Positions 25,528-39,949 of a DNA stretch of 64,000 bases are shown one piece after another. The notes below the pieces were generated by a model. The model worked only from the letters and a program-made list of their open reading frames with translations. It was not told where the DNA came from and did not search any database. Numbering within the stretch: position 1 is the first letter of the stretch; each line of letters starts with the position of its first letter. Origin of the DNA: Octopus sinensis (Eukaryota); assembly GCF_006345805.1 (NCBI RefSeq), contig NC_043005.1:63054001-63118000 (forward strand), written 5' to 3'. A program made the position numbers and the translations under genes.

Positions 25528-25818
25528 GTCGTTGCCAGTGCTGCTGGACTAACTCCTGTGGAGGTGGCACGTAAAAAGCACCATTTGAGCATGGCCGTTG
25601 CCAATACCGTCAGACTGGCCCTCATGCTGGTGGCACATAAAAGCACCCACTACACTCTCGGAGTGGTTGGCGTTAGGAAGGGCATCCAGCTGTAGAAACT
25701 CTGCCAGATCAGATTGGAGCCTGGTGCAGCCATCCGGTTCGCCAGTCCTCAGTCAAATCGTCCAACCCATGCTAGCATGGAAAGCGGACGTTAAACGATG
25801 ATGATGATGATGATGATT
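25528..25818 (+). mobile_element. Octopus SINE with GGCACGTAAAAAGCACC repeats and (GAT)n tail
   Basis: Well-preserved copy: TTGGCGTTAGGAAGGGCATCCAGCTGTAGAAAC...CGTTAAACGATGATGATG. Confidence 0.9.
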
Positions 25819-26009
25819 TCCTAACAGATACGCAAGGCCACACATTTAAGTGAGGGATGTATCTGATTAGATTAACCTCAGTAACTGTTTGGTTGCAATG
25901 ATAAAATGTCAAGTAAATTTTGGTAGGATTTTGATTCAGTGTAAAGAAATGCAATTAATTATTACACAGCATTTTGTTCCCTGCTCTACTAATTCTGCAA
26001 ATACATCAT

Positions 26010-26230
26010 AAAAATAATTCTCCAGAAGGCACATAGACCGAAATTTTGGGGTAAGCGCGCTAGTCAATAACATCAATTCCCAGTGCGCAACTGTTACTTA
26101 TTTTATTAATCACAAAAGACTGAAATATAAAGTCAATCTTTGTGACATCTGAACTCAGAACTTAAACCTAGAAAAAATGCTGCTAAACACGTTGTTGTGG
26201 AAAGTAACTGTTCTGCCAGCTCACCACCTT
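26010..26230 (-). mobile_element. Short SINE (19018 family)
   Basis: Reverse-complement core GAACTCAGAA...AAATGCTGCTAA...CTGCCAGCTC. Confidence 0.7.
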
Positions 26231-27649
26231 AATAATGATAGTGATAATATATATTGATAATAATGATGATAATTCTTTCTACTCCAGGCAAAAGGCCTAA
26301 TAGCTTGGTAGTGGGACTAGTCAATTATATCAAGCCCGAAGCATTGGAACTCAGAATGTAAAGCTGGCATTTTAATGATTCTGTCATCTCACCACCTTTT
26401 ATAACAAGGACTTGCATTAACGCGCAAATATGCATATGTTCTTCAGCATCATCTGAGTTAATATAACTCATTTTCTCAAGTTTCTTTAGCTCCTAAACTG
26501 TTGATATGACAAAAATTACAAATCAGGATCCATGTTCTCCAGAAATGCTTAAATAGTGTCAACAATAAGTTCATGATAGAATTTATAAGCACATGTAATT
26601 ACCAATTAAAATAAAAAAGTATTATTATTGTAATATTATTGTTTTGACTGAAAATTCAAAGAACAACCTTCTTAAAACAAAGAAGAAAAAACACAAGAAT
26701 TTGAATTGATATTCTTTGACAAAAGCAGCTGCCCAAAACATTAGATTTCTCATCAGATTATGGCTTGTTAATTTATTCTACTTTGTGACTATAAATAAGT
26801 TTTTGAAACAAAATTAGCTATAATGACGAAACAAGCTTATTAGTTTCGATAAAGGAAATAAAATCTAATTTATCATTGTAACTGAGATATATTTCTAAAA
26901 CTTATTTTAATTTATTTACTTTAACTTTTTTTTTTCAGGTTTTAGTAATCTATTTCTAATATTTATCTATCACTATTTTATAGTTCTTATTAGAATTGAG
27001 AAAAAAACACATTACTTTATTGCATTAGGATCAAATAATTTCTACTAAATGGTTCCTTTGGAATCTCACTCAACAACACATGGTTATGTAGCTAAAATAA
27101 GCTATTAAATAAAACATAATGTCTGTTTCACATTGACTTTGGTTGTCAATGTGAAATCAAATTTTTATTACATCAGAGTCTTTCAAAGCATGAAGACAAT
27201 ATGACTTTGAAGATTACTCAGAAATGAAAGATTTGTATGCCTGCCACATATATTGGTATCTTCTAATCAATTTTTTATGACTCATTCAGATTGTAAGGAT
27301 CAAGCTATGAGCTAAACAAATCAATGGTAAGAATCATTTGTGATGTTGCATTTACAAAAAGTTCCATAAGTTTCTTCAGTAATTTCTAGGGGAAAAGATG
27401 ACAAAAAGGTTAGCAAAATCCTGTTATGAATATTCAATATAGAGAAATGAAATAGCAATACTTAAATGTAAAAGACTAGAACACAGCACAATAGGAAAGC
27501 TAAACTGTTCAAACAAAATCAATGGTTTTCCAATTCATGTGTGGCATAGATATACCGCACTTGAATAAAAACTGATAGCTTTAACATTCAGTAAAGCTTT
27601 TACAAAAGAGTAGGATAAAAGGTATTAGAAGTAATGTGATATATTTCGG

Positions 27650-28300
27650 GTAGTTTCTTACAAAATGACTGAAATAGAAATTATAGCTTTAAATAATGTT
27701 TATAGTTGAAACGCACACATTTATCATTACATCCAAATACATTGGAATATTTAATCGCACAAAAATATCGATACACTCATCTCACAGACACAGTATCACA
27801 GTATCCATAAACTATCATAGATTTAATATCTGTTGTCATAGGTTTGATAGGTCTGTTATTGATCCATGCTCAATATCCATCAATCCCATTTCATTTAATA
27901 TGAAAATTCAAACATTATAAGAAATAGTCTAATTACATTTTCTAGGGTTTACCAAGTCTCTATCTAATCTATATAAAAACCATAACTCACTCAAATTTTC
28001 TTGATCCTAACATTCTTTTCCCAACCAGAATACAATACAAGTTAGGATATTGTTTAATGTGAATCCCAACTTTCTTGATACATAATCAATAGAAATATCT
28101 TATTTGATATTAACCAAAAGGCTTGTAAGCATTTTAATATATTTACTATAGCCATAAAATCTATAAGAAATTGTATCAGTATCTACCTATATGTGTAAAT
28201 TTGATTTTAGTGTCTCTAATTTAAATTTTCATATAATTTGTAACAGAGTCACATTCTTTTAAAAATTTTACTCAAAATTTGAAGTTTTTCTATGTTTACT
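27650..28300 (-). mobile_element. Decayed PLE-like RT remnant (tentative)
   Basis: Weak matches to the G.AMG and RY.DDIF regions on the minus strand. Confidence 0.3.
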
Positions 28301-30241
28301 TAGTTGTCATTAGTAAAAATAATAGAGACTTCTTAGTTTTAAATTTCTGAAATACATGGAGTAGGCATTAAAGTGATTGCTCAAATATATGTAACGAAAT
28401 CAATGACAAATAAGTTTTAGGTTGTTATGGGAATTTTAATAGTGGTACACAATGAAAAACTGTCAAATGCAAAGTAGGTATTTATTTGTTATATAATTCT
28501 TCTGAGCCACCTGGTTTTACTTCATGGAATAAACGTAAATTAGATTTTATAGCTTATACTTTGAACATATACATTAGCCTTTTACTTTATTATCGACTAT
28601 TTTGTAATTTCACTTACTCTATGCTTTTGCAGTTGTTGATACTAGATATAAAATAAATTCTCATAAAATTTCATTTATTGAGATAGCAGCTAATTATACC
28701 TAAATCTACTCCAATACTTTCGTGGTACAATTAAATTCCTGCTACTTTCTTTCCTTCATAGCCTGAATCAATTTACTTCTTACCTTTAGCTTACTGTCTA
28801 CAACAGACCTCTCTTTCAGTTCCAGTATGTGTATGCTCTTGTTTATTTTTGCTGTTTAGCAATCTATCATACTGATACTTCTGTTTGTTTGCATCATCAA
28901 GTTAAAATATAAAAACCTTGTAATTGACATTATCCTTAGCTTTTTATCTTTTACTCAGATACACGACCCTTATCCTTTCAGCATAAAACATCTTGTCAAT
29001 TAACCTTCCATTGAATTGTTATTTACAATTTATGTAATGTTTCTTTACTTAATAAAGTGAAGTGCAACTGACAAGTTCTGAAGAACAGAAACACAGGTAT
29101 TGAATCTTAAGTATGTAAAATATTTACAGTAAAGATGACAAATAAAAAGAAGATTGATATAGTGGAAAAAACAGAACTAAATGAAAACTGATTGTCAGGG
29201 AACAGCTGAGTTACTGGATAATAGATTAAGAAAGTTCCATCATCAAAAGTAATTATGATTCAGTGAGAAATATTTTGATTGCAATGATTAACTTCCATCA
29301 TATACTATAGAAAATAAACTTTGCTAACAGATTGCCCTCTTGCTTGCAAAGAAAGATCACATTTCCCCTAAGCATATAAATTAATTTTGTGAAATTAAAT
29401 CTAAATTTCTTAGAATAATCTCCTATTTTCTTTAGGAGTTGCTCACAATTACTGTTAAAACTTGATTTCTTTCTGCAACTAAGATGGAAATTTCAATTAA
29501 TTGAGAATTTTTTCCATACATTATTCAAAACATCACTCTTTAACTTATCTAAATTCCTACCACAAACCCACTTAAAGTCTTGCTGTTTGCTCATTTTACA
29601 TTTTTATTTTATATTTCACATATAATCAAGAATTTTGCTATCATTAAATAGAATTCCACAAGCTGAAGACCTTGTTCCAAGAGAGATGAATAAGTATTAG
29701 ACATGATAAGTTTAGTAGAGTAGAAAAATCATTTTGAAAACAGATTTTCAATCTTCGTAATTGGATTTCTATACTATTCTTGATCATATTAGTTAGAAGG
29801 TGGCAGGGATGGTAGACTATGTTAGAGTTGGTGCGCGAAAGTTCTCTCTGTAAGTTAAGAGATAATAAAAAGTAAACAAAACCACAATGAAAAATCTGAT
29901 GTTCTGAATTTATGAGTCGAGAATATTCGCAAAATATGGTGGATAGAATTGTAAGGCAGCGAATATTTCTCTGGAAAAATTATTGGTTCCAATTAAGAAA
30001 ACTTTTAGCATCTGCAGCATTTTTCTGAATGAGAAATCTGAAAATGGTTGTACCAATGACATCACCGCCATTATATTAAGCCCAAGGATAATGATTAAAA
30101 GTTTTCTATCTTCTGTTTCCTGAGAAATGTCTTATTCTCTGTAACAAAGATGGACAAGACAAATGTAATGGTTGCCCTGACTTTGTGAAATTCTGACATT
30201 TTTTCTATCAAAGAAGCAGTCTTTTAATTCTAATATCTCAC

Positions 30242-30253
30242 CATGTAGGTAGT
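30242..30253 (-). CDS. Candidate 12-nt microexon ACTACCTACATG
   Basis: Acceptor cacactacacctgtag (weak tract) and donor ATG|gtgaga. Length is a multiple of 3. Confidence 0.15.
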
Positions 30254-32415
30254 CTACAGGTGTAGTGTGAATGTATGCAGCTTGCAATATAGCAAGCATC
30301 CAGTTATAAAAATACTTGCTCTCAAGTTAGCATGGAAAGAAATGGATGCAAAACAGTATGTGCCTACCATTTACTTCTCCATTATTAAATAATAAAAGAC
30401 TTAATTAATATTTTCCTTTCAATATAGCTTCACAATATTTCTAACTCTAAAACTAAGAATCTTTTAAGCTACAAACATTTAGAAAATGGATATCATATAA
30501 GACAAACTAATACCTTAGAAGCTTTTAAGATTTATGAATGCATATATATATATATATATTGCAAATAAAAGTGCATGAATACAAGTGATAACTTATTTAC
30601 TCAATGGTATATCTTGTAACAACTCGGATATATTCAGAGAAAAACAATTTAAATTTGTTGCTGCAAACCACAGAAAAATGCAGAAAATCTTAGATACTTA
30701 ATATTTTAAATCTAGATGGCATCCACATTTTCTTCTCCATCATTTGTTATATGACATCTACTATTTTATCAAGTGAATGATTTATGTTAATATATATACA
30801 CGTTTGCAGTTAACTATGTCTAAACATGTCTGAAGTTTTGATTGCTTTCACCCCATACATGCAGTTAAACACTGCAATCTCTATAACATTACTTTTTTCA
30901 CAATAATTGGTTATCTTGAAAGGTTGCAAGATACTAAACTACTCACCATACTAAAAACCCGAGACAGTAATGACTGCTCATGCTAATATACCAAGTTCTA
31001 TTATCATTACTGTTGGTTCATATAACTAGTTTGAAAAGCTGTAAAATTCAGTTATGCAATACTATTTATTTTTTCAGAAAACAACACATTGAGTTTTAAT
31101 CTTATTACTGATAAGTATTATAAAATCGAGGTAAAGCTCACAGACAAAGCAAATCTGCAATGAGATTTAATTATTTTAATATCTTTTTGGAAGAAACATG
31201 CACAACAGGATATTATTGTCTATTATCTTTAAATCTGTCCCATGATCATAGTTAACTATAATTAATAAGGTGATTGCAATTATTACTATAAGTGATTATC
31301 TGTAATTATTCTTATGCTAATTACCCTTATCATTGATGTCACTGACATTAATAGTCTTAACTTTCTCACTGCCATCATAATTACCACCACTAACGATGAT
31401 GATGAGGATTATGCTCTCAGAATCTGAAAGATGATGATGATTCTGCTCTCAGAATATGAAAGATATTTTCCCTCCAAGTTTGAGCTTAATAAATGTAATA
31501 TATTTCAGATTTACATGAAGAATATATATTTTTATCAGAAAGGGTTTCAAAATATTAAATAAATAAAGTTATTAAAAAAATTTTGAAATAGCAAAAATTT
31601 ACTGTATTGAGAAGATATAGTTTGTTACAAGGGCAAAGATATATCAAAACAATATGTAATATGTAAATATTAATTGAAACATGGGCACAGGTAGGGCTCT
31701 ATGGGTAAGAAGTTTGATCCCACAACCACATGGTTTCAGGTTCAGTTCCAATGTGTGGCACTTTGGGCAACTTCTACTATTGTCCCAGGTTGAACCAATG
31801 GCTTATGAACGAATTTAGTAGAGAGGAATTGTACAAAACCCCATTGTGTGTGCATGTATGTGTGTGTGCATGCACGTGTGTGTATCCGTTTGAATATTTA
31901 CATTTTGCATTGAGTTGTCATTTTGCATTGGTGTCATTTTTTGATTTCTCAGGCAACAAATCATATGATAGCTCTGCACTCAAGAAAATAATACTCTCTT
32001 ATATGAAAAAACAAGTGAGTGTTATTGACTAGAAGGGCATCTGGTTGTAAAAACAATCTCAAAAATATGTATTTGTTTAATCTAACCAAGCATGGAGTAA
32101 CGAATGTCAAATGAACAAACAATTTTATGGCAGAGAGTGAATGGTTCTAAGTGTAATTTATTTTCATTGCTAGTGTCAAACTTACAGCATTTAATTTCAT
32201 CTTTCTACATTTTGGGTTCAAATCATATTATGCTTTGCTTTTCTGATTCTTCAGTTAATATAACAAATCCCCTTACCAGATTGTAGTTTAATTCAAATAA
32301 CTACTCCTTCCCCTGCAAATATTTTCCTTCTGTCTAGTCAAAAGAAATCAATAGTACTGAGCAGCAGAAATGGATGTTATAATTAGTTGTAGGAACAACA
32401 CAATTTCAAGCTTAC

Positions 32416-32491
32416 CAACATCTGATACAAAAGCACTAGTCGACCTATAAAAATCAGTGCTTTTGTCAAAATGGTTCCACTTCGATATAAT
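32416..32491 (-). CDS. Candidate exon IISKWNHFDKSTDFYRSTSAFVSDV(G/D)
   Basis: Acceptor gattgtttcag (alternative acceptor tttttatag at 32445) and donor TTG|gtaagc. Open frame, phase 0 to phase 1. Confidence 0.25.
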
Positions 32492-32689
32492 CTGAAACAA
32501 TCAATTCTTACCATTTTTGCAGTACTAGTAAAACTGTTTGCAGATAACATTGGTTTTATGAAGTATCCCAGATTCCATGTAATTAGTAATTGCATTCTTC
32601 TTTTTGGCAGTGATATCAATATTCTCCAGATTGGAAGATAATCAATTTATTTTGACTAGGAACAAATACTAAATCTTTGTGAGAGAGAA

Positions 32690-32900
32690 AATATTGGTTT
32701 CAAATTTTGGCACAAGGGCAGCAATTTGGGAGAGGGGGTAAGTTGATTACGTCGACCCCAGTGTTCAACTTATTGACCCCAAAAGGAAGAAAAGCAAAGT
32801 CAACTTTGATGGAATTTGAACTCAGAATGTAAAGACAGATGAAATGCTACTGAGTGTTTTGCTTGGAATGCTACTAATTCAGCAAGCTCACTGCCTTTGA
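32690..32900 (-). mobile_element. Short SINE (19018 family)
   Basis: Reverse-complement core GTCAACTTTGATGGAATTTGAACTCAGAATG. Confidence 0.8.
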
Positions 32901-33439
32901 AAGTAAAAAATATGAAATGGTGACAAGTATATTGAAATGCCATTGACCAGGAACAGAAAAACTGATGTCATACAATAACAGATGGTCACAAATGATCAAG
33001 GGGAAAAGAATGGTTTATTGCATTGATTGTCCATTTATTACTGTATAATGATGGAATTTGAAATAAAAAAAACTCAAGTCAAGCCTATCACTGGTATTGC
33101 AGCTACACCAGTAATAACACTACTACCACCCACCAATATGAGGACTGGGCTGAAAACAGACAATCCATATAACAAATAATGATTAATGAAGATTCAGTCC
33201 AAGAAACCAAACTCTGAGAAATAGCCTAGCTCAATATGAAGAAAACAATTAAGTAGGAATTATATCAGTATTCTCAATGTAACTATGGGTGCACAAGAGC
33301 TGTAGTGGGTTCACAGGTAGGCTGAGAGAGAGATTCTATATGTAGCAGGTATACAAAAGTAGTTGGCAGTTAGAGCCCCCATAAAATAAATTCTTTCAAA
33401 TGTCTAGAAGGCTCCTTAGTTGTTGTTAATATTTGTTAC

Positions 33440-33650
33440 CTTAGTAAAGGTAGTAAGCTGGCAGAGTTACTAGCACCCCAATGAAATGCTTTGTGGCATT
33501 TAATCTGTCTTCATGTACTGAGTTCAAATTCTGCTGAGGTTGACTTTGTCTTCATCCTTTTGAGGTTGATAAAATAAGTTCCAGTTAAATACTGGGGTTG
33601 ATGCAATTGACTTATCTCCTCCTCGAAATTACTGGCCTTGTGCAAATATT
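33440..33650 (+). mobile_element. Short SINE (19018 family)
   Basis: GAGTTCAAATTCTGCTGAGGTTGACTTTG core. Confidence 0.8.
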
Positions 33651-33719
33651 TGTTACCTAAGTGATATAAGAAGTGAAAGTGAGTGCTCAGACAATATAGT
33701 ATCCAGACAAAGAATGGGC

Positions 33720-34100
33720 TGAAAAAAGTTCATATAGCTATTACTCTTGGTAACAAAGGAATTCTGTCCCTATCTGAAGGGCAGATTGCATGATGTATGT
33801 TTTTGAAGTAAAATTACTAGCAAAACATGGCCATTGAAAGTGGATCATGTACTGATGATATATTGAAGCTGGACAGAAATGAGGTAGGTATGCATGGATG
33901 AATGGGTTATTTTGATATGAATGAATAATATAACACAAAATGATTTGAGAGAAAAATTGAGTATAAGAGTTATTGGCAGCAGTATGCAAGAAAGGAACTA
34001 TGCTGGTACAGAGAATGACAGTTAGATGAAAGAAATGCTAAAGGACTCACGTGAAAGAAACTTGCAAAAGATGTGGGAAGAAATAAGAAGTAAAAGTTTC
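33720..34100 (+). mobile_element. RTE-type LINE C-terminal remnant
   Basis: LKLDRNEVGMHGW...LREKLSIRVIGSSMQER, matching the LERNEASMLRW...LREKLGI pattern. Confidence 0.6.
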
Positions 34101-34293
34101 ATAGCAGTAAAACATAGATATTGAATGCAAAGCAAAATGGATAGAGAGAAGTGACGCAAAATATCCAGTATTTTTTTTTTAAATATGGCTGCTGCCTTTA
34201 TGTATTACATGGGTTATTAAGTTAAATAAAGAATTTCTTGATGCTGAATCACTTTACTTCTCTCGTTCAACTTTTATTCAATCTTATTATATA

Positions 34294-35300
34294 ATGTCAA
34301 ACTTCCTTCAAGCTAAAGAATTGGATATTAATGTAAATGATGGAAATGCCAGTAATGAATGCAGACATCAGTTGAGAAAATTTGAGTGTTTCATAGACAG
34401 TTTCCCCAAAGAAAATCAACCAAACAAATTGGATGTTTTGATAAATTTGGTATCAACAACAATCAATGAAATAACCACTGAATGTAATAACTACAATACT
34501 GCAATTACTCTTCTCAATTCTATTTTGTTTAAGAAAAATGTAATTTTTCCAAGACATTAACTAACCATTAGTGAGACTTGAGAGAGATTTTGGACCAATT
34601 TATTCAAGTTTTTGGTTGCTAGCCAAGGACTGCAATTTCAAATCAGTTATAGTCCATACACACACAGATGAAATAATTTGGGATGCCTTTATTACAGGCT
34701 TGCAGAACATTAGTATGTCAATGACTTTCATAATCTGATTTTCAAACATTGAAAGATGCTATTTCTAAAGGATATTCTCAAGACATTGCAAAAGAAAAAA
34801 AAAAAAAATTCAATTTCAATCTTTTCAAATACAAGAGACTAACAATAACTACAATTTCAACAGAAACAACAATCTACATAATCTGCCACACCTCAAATTC
34901 CAGACAAGAGGAAAATACTGTAATAAATTAAACTTAAGATAGACAAAGATGCATTTTTTTTTTTGCAGAATCATTAATGAAAGATTCAAATGTTCAGCAA
35001 AAGTTATTTGTAAGCAATGTCATATGAAAATACATTTCACCTATTTGCAGATCATAAATTTTCTGTAAATGTGTGCTTGCATTAATATTGGTAGCTATTG
35101 GTAACAAATCAGAGTCACTGTCTTCTTATTTGCTACCAATTTCTGTGAATGATATATAAGAGGGTTCTTACTGCTAGTGACAGTACAAAATCTTTTATAG
35201 AGGAAGTATTGTGATAAAACATAAATTACCAGTTTAACCATCAAGCATAAATTTCTTATGCTAATAATTTCTCTGAAACAATACTTGAGTCATGTGTGGT
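34294..35300 (+). mobile_element. Decayed Gypsy LTR-retrotransposon gag/protease remnant
   Basis: ORF 34294-34560 (LDINVNDGNASNECRHQLRKFECFIDSF...KLDVLINLVS...KNVIFPRH) matches the Gypsy gag N-terminus. Later DAFITGL-like and DSTKSFI (DSGSTESFI-like) segments. Confidence 0.7.
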
Positions 35301-35407
35301 AAGAATTATTCTCTCTGCTAGATGCTACCAAAGTGTTACATTCTACAATTTTGGTGCCAATTGTGGTATTACATAATGTATCAATATTAATGGGCAGAGT
35401 AAGACAA

Positions 35408-35570
35408 TGAACTGGCAGAACTGAAAGCACACTGGGGAAAATGCTTAGCGGTATTTCATCCATCTTTGCATTCTGAGTTCAAATTCTGCTGAGGTGGACT
35501 TTGCCTTTTGGGGTCAAAGTAATCGACTTATGCCCTCCTCCAAAATTGCTGGCCTTGTGCCAAAATTATA
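35408..35570 (+). mobile_element. Short SINE (19018 family)
   Basis: GAAAATGCTTAGCGGTATTTC...GAGTTCAAATTCTGCTGAGG. Confidence 0.8.
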
Positions 35571-36302
35571 ACCCAATATTAATGGGTAGAGCGTAGCACT
35601 ACTGATAAATTTTGCTATTGTAAACAATGGTATTAGCACAATGCTGAAATACTCTTGTATTTGCAAATCTTGATTCTAGTTGTAGGATGATAATGACATA
35701 ATACCATTGATTTACGTTTAGGGGCCATGATTTGGTCTTGTTTATTAAGAATGTGATTCCAATATATGGTAGATCCATCTTCAATAATAACAGCATCACA
35801 CTGAATGCTGTATAATAGCTGACTGGTTTCCTATTGGCTATTTGCTTACTTCCAGTTCTTAGCTTCATTTTGTAAGAAAAACACTTCCACTTTTAGGTCT
35901 GGAGGATATTGTAAACCTCAAAACAATATAACCACTTATATTTGCAAGAAAATCAACAAAAAATGTATAGACTTTGATGAAATTATTTTACATAATGCCA
36001 TTAGAAGCAATGAAGATTATCTTCAAGTTTATGGCTCTCATCATATTCTTAACCAGCAACTAATAATATACAGACATCTTTCAGCCTCCACATGCCACCA
36101 CACTTTGGTCCACCTACCACGTTTTAGTCAGCCAAGTATCCACCCACCATGTTTTGGTCAGCCAAGGGTTGCCTCAGAAGGCGTTGCCCAAGGTGCCGTA
36201 CAATGGGACTGAACCTGGAACCAACTAGATAAAATTATGAATTACTACTAATATTATGTTTGGCAGCCTGCAAAGAAGTGTACATGAATCTTTGAAGATC
36301 AT

Positions 36303-36305
<3 letters not shown>

Positions 36306-36346
<41 letters not shown>
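36306..36346. repeat. (CA)n microsatellite
   Basis: Direct reading. Confidence 0.95.
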
Positions 36347-36347
<1 letters not shown>

Positions 36348-36834
36348 GGACCCATGCAAACACACATAATGAGGAAAGAAAAATAACTCAGAATTGTCAT
36401 GACGAATAAAGGTATATTAAATAAAATATTAGATAAATTCTTTCCACTTCCAGAAAAGGTAGACCAATCACTTGGCAGCAGTTTGTACCAACTCCAAATG
36501 CAGAGGTGAGATAATCTCTGGGATCAAAAATTCTCCAAAACTGATATGCTGCTAAGGAGAAGGCAGTCTGATTATCTAGCCATGGATGCAAGTTTCTGCC
36601 TCAGCAAGCATCATCAGCACACAATTTCCCTTCATCATTATCATCAGACAAAAAACTCAAGCATACACAGAGGAATAGAACATAGTTGTACCTCAGGTAA
36701 TTTGCATAAATGCAGCAAAAATGAGCTAATTAAAGTAACTTTGGGTGAAGTTACTTGAGCATATTCTTGAGCAACTACGATGAATCAGTATATTCATTTC
36801 TTAAAATTATCTCTGTCACTTGGAATGTATTTAC

Positions 36835-36864
36835 TTCCATGTTTAATGATTCATTGTGAATTTT
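36835..36864 (-). CDS. Candidate 30-nt exon KIHNESLNME
   Basis: Acceptor ctttttccctcccag and donor GAA|gtaaat. One open frame, phase 0-0. Confidence 0.2.
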
Positions 36865-37224
36865 CTGGGAGGGAAAAAGCTGAATCAACACATTTAGAAT
36901 TTGTGATTGTTCATTTTCACCTTACTTTGTAAGTTAACATGTAAGATATAATACAAATGTAAGATATAATACAAGAAAAAAAAATGAACTCAAAGATCGC
37001 CACAAACAACACATTTTTCATGACATGTCAAAGCACTGACCACTCCTCATTGCCCCACCACCAAAAAAAAAACATGAAATATATTCACAGGCATACATCA
37101 ACTCACTGTAATTCCAACATATGTGACTTAACTCAAAAAATGACGATAAAAAAAAATATTAAAAAAAACACAAACTTAAAACTTTATGTCTACTTTAATA
37201 AATGGTTTGAAAATACTTTGCCAT

Positions 37225-37632
37225 AGGCATAGGAGTGGCTGTGTGGTAAGAAAGTTGTTACTAACCACATGGTTCTGGGTTCAGTCCCACTGCATGGCAC
37301 ATTGGGCAAGTGCCTTCTACTATAGCCTCAGGCCAACCAAAGCCTTGTGAGTGGATTTGGTAGGCAGAAACTGAAAGAAGCACGTCGTGTATATGTATAT
37401 ATATGTGTGTATTTATATGTTTGTGTGTCTGTGTTTGTCTCCCCAACATCGCTTGACAACTGATACTGGTGTGTTTACATCCCCGTAACTTAGCGGTTCA
37501 GCAAAAGAGACCGATAGAATAAGTACTAGGCTTACAAAGAATAAGTCCTGGGGGTCGATTTGCTCGACTAAAGGTGGTGCTCCAGCATAGCCACAGTCAA
37601 ATGAATGAAACAAGTAAAAGAATAAAAAAAGA
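37225..37632 (+). mobile_element. ~410-bp SINE, full length
   Basis: Colinear with other copies. Confidence 0.9.
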
Positions 37633-37835
37633 GTATGTATTTTATATGGCTCCTCACTTCAGCATTACGTGATTTTTAAGTTTCAATGCTTTTAAATATG
37701 TTTGCTGAGACCAATATAAGGTTGGATAAATTGACTGAAATTAGGTTTATTTTTGCCATTAATTTCTTTAAAAAAATAATGCAAAGTCGATGAAAGATAT
37801 AACTCAAAACATCGTAAGTTGCAGTAAGTTGCCTG

Positions 37836-37885
<50 letters not shown>

Positions 37886-38544
37886 ATATACATATCTTAG
37901 CTGGCTGCCAAAAGAAACTGTTTTAGATATTGATTGAAAAATTTGTAAACAAGAAATAATTTTTAAACTTTTAGTTTTTAAGGACTGACAAAACCAGTCA
38001 CTGGAAAATGCATTTGGCATTTGACATTCTAAGTTCAAATTTAATCAAAGTTCACCTTGCTTTTCTTCCAGGGATTGATAAGATATAGCACCCATTAAGT
38101 CATGTGGGTGATTGATAATCTTTCAAAATATCTTAGAACTGAATAGATTTTACAAAAGAAAACTAAGACATTCACTTTGACAGTGGTGTACATAAAATAA
38201 CCACAGTTTTTGACTAAAGTTGCATAGATGAAAAAGAAAGGTAATTCATAGGAAGACAGAGGAACTGGATCATGAGACATTATTACCTATGAAGTGAGAA
38301 AGGGGGTTAATATTTTATCATGAAATAATTGGTTTCAATTTAACTTTTAACTATTTAGTGCTTCTTTACATTTCTGTTGATTAAAATCAGCTTCACAGTA
38401 TACTTATTAATTTATTTTGCTGTTTCAGAGATGAAAGGCAATAACAATTCTAGAGTAAGAATAATTCTTAATGAAAAGTGTATGAAATAATTGTGATCAA
38501 CATAAGGGGCTTCTTTGTCTTGTTAACAATACAGTAGACTAAAG

Positions 38545-38990
38545 CAGCAAGCTGACACAATTGTTAGCATGCTGATTAAAATGCTTAGCAGCATTTCATC
38601 CATCTTTCTATTCTGAGTTCAAATTCTATGAGGTTCACTTCGTCTTTCATCCTTTCAGGGTCAATAAAATAAGTATGAGTTGAACACTGGGGTCGATTTA
38701 ACTGACTTACTCCTCCCCACAAAATTGTTGGCCTCTTGGTACCAGGATTTGAAATCAATAGTACAGTAGACTTTAAAGTGATCAGCTGGTAGAGTCATTT
38801 GCATGCCATGCAAGTTTGTTTAGTAGCATTTCATCTGTCTTTCCATTTTTAGTTCAAATTCTGCCAAGGTTGATTTTGCTTTTCATCCTTTAGGGATTGA
38901 TAAAACAAGTACCAGTTGAACACTAGGGTTGATGTAATTGGTTAGCCTTTACCCTGAAATTGCTGGCCTTTTGCCAAAATGTCAAACCAG
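38545..38990 (+). mobile_element. Two tandem short SINEs (19018 family)
   Basis: Cores at ~38545-38760 and ~38783-38990. Confidence 0.8.
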
Positions 38991-39949
38991 TTATACAGTA
39001 GACTTAAATAATGTAGACTACTGTGACTTGGTTTCACTAATCTGTATATTGTTCTTTCTTAAAAGTGGATGGATTAGCTCAAGCATATTCAACTTGACAT
39101 CATGCTGACATCAACATTTGCTGCTTATGTGCTGAAGTTTGAAATTAGTGGGTAAAGACATAAAATTGGTGGTAGAGAGAGAGAGAGGGATTTGGAGATA
39201 GAAAAGTATGAAGTGGTTATATGTTTGAGGATAAAAGCAATAACTAGTATACCTTGCCTTTCTTCTCTCTCATATCTCCAAAGTTTTTCACTGTAACACA
39301 GTCACAAGTACACAGGACCCATTACTCTACAAAGGCATCTGAATACACTAGAACTCAAACAATTAAATTTTTAAGTCATAGGATTTAAAACTGTAGAATT
39401 TAAAGCAACTATGTAAAGTTGGTGTACACAACTGAAACAGCTTATATGGCTACTCTAATTTTTGAAGTCTAATGGTTAACTACTTTTTGAAGTCTAATGT
39501 TCAAGCTGGTAGTCACAGTCCAGACCATATTTTACATTGCTTGGAGTTTTTACCTATCGCAATGGAGCCCAGCAATTTCCTTAAATAGATCAGTTGTTCT
39601 CCGCTTAAGAAGTCTAACTTGCATTTACCTCAAGGAAACTGTTGCTCACTTTCTCTGTGTTAGGACAATGAAATTTATCACTGCTGACATTGCTGCTACC
39701 AGCTCTTACTGCATCTAACACCAACAACAACATCATAATTCATCCTTGTGCATGTAAACTCACTAAGTGAATATGACTTAGCATTCCTACAGAAACCTTC
39801 GTTTACCTTATATGATGTTTAATGTCATTTCACATTCATGTTGAATTATACAGCAATCATGTTCTCTTCATAGAACACTTGTAATGTATGTATTACCAGT
39901 TCTTTTGGTATAGTAGGTTTTTGCTATTCTTGTTTATCTCTCCTCACAG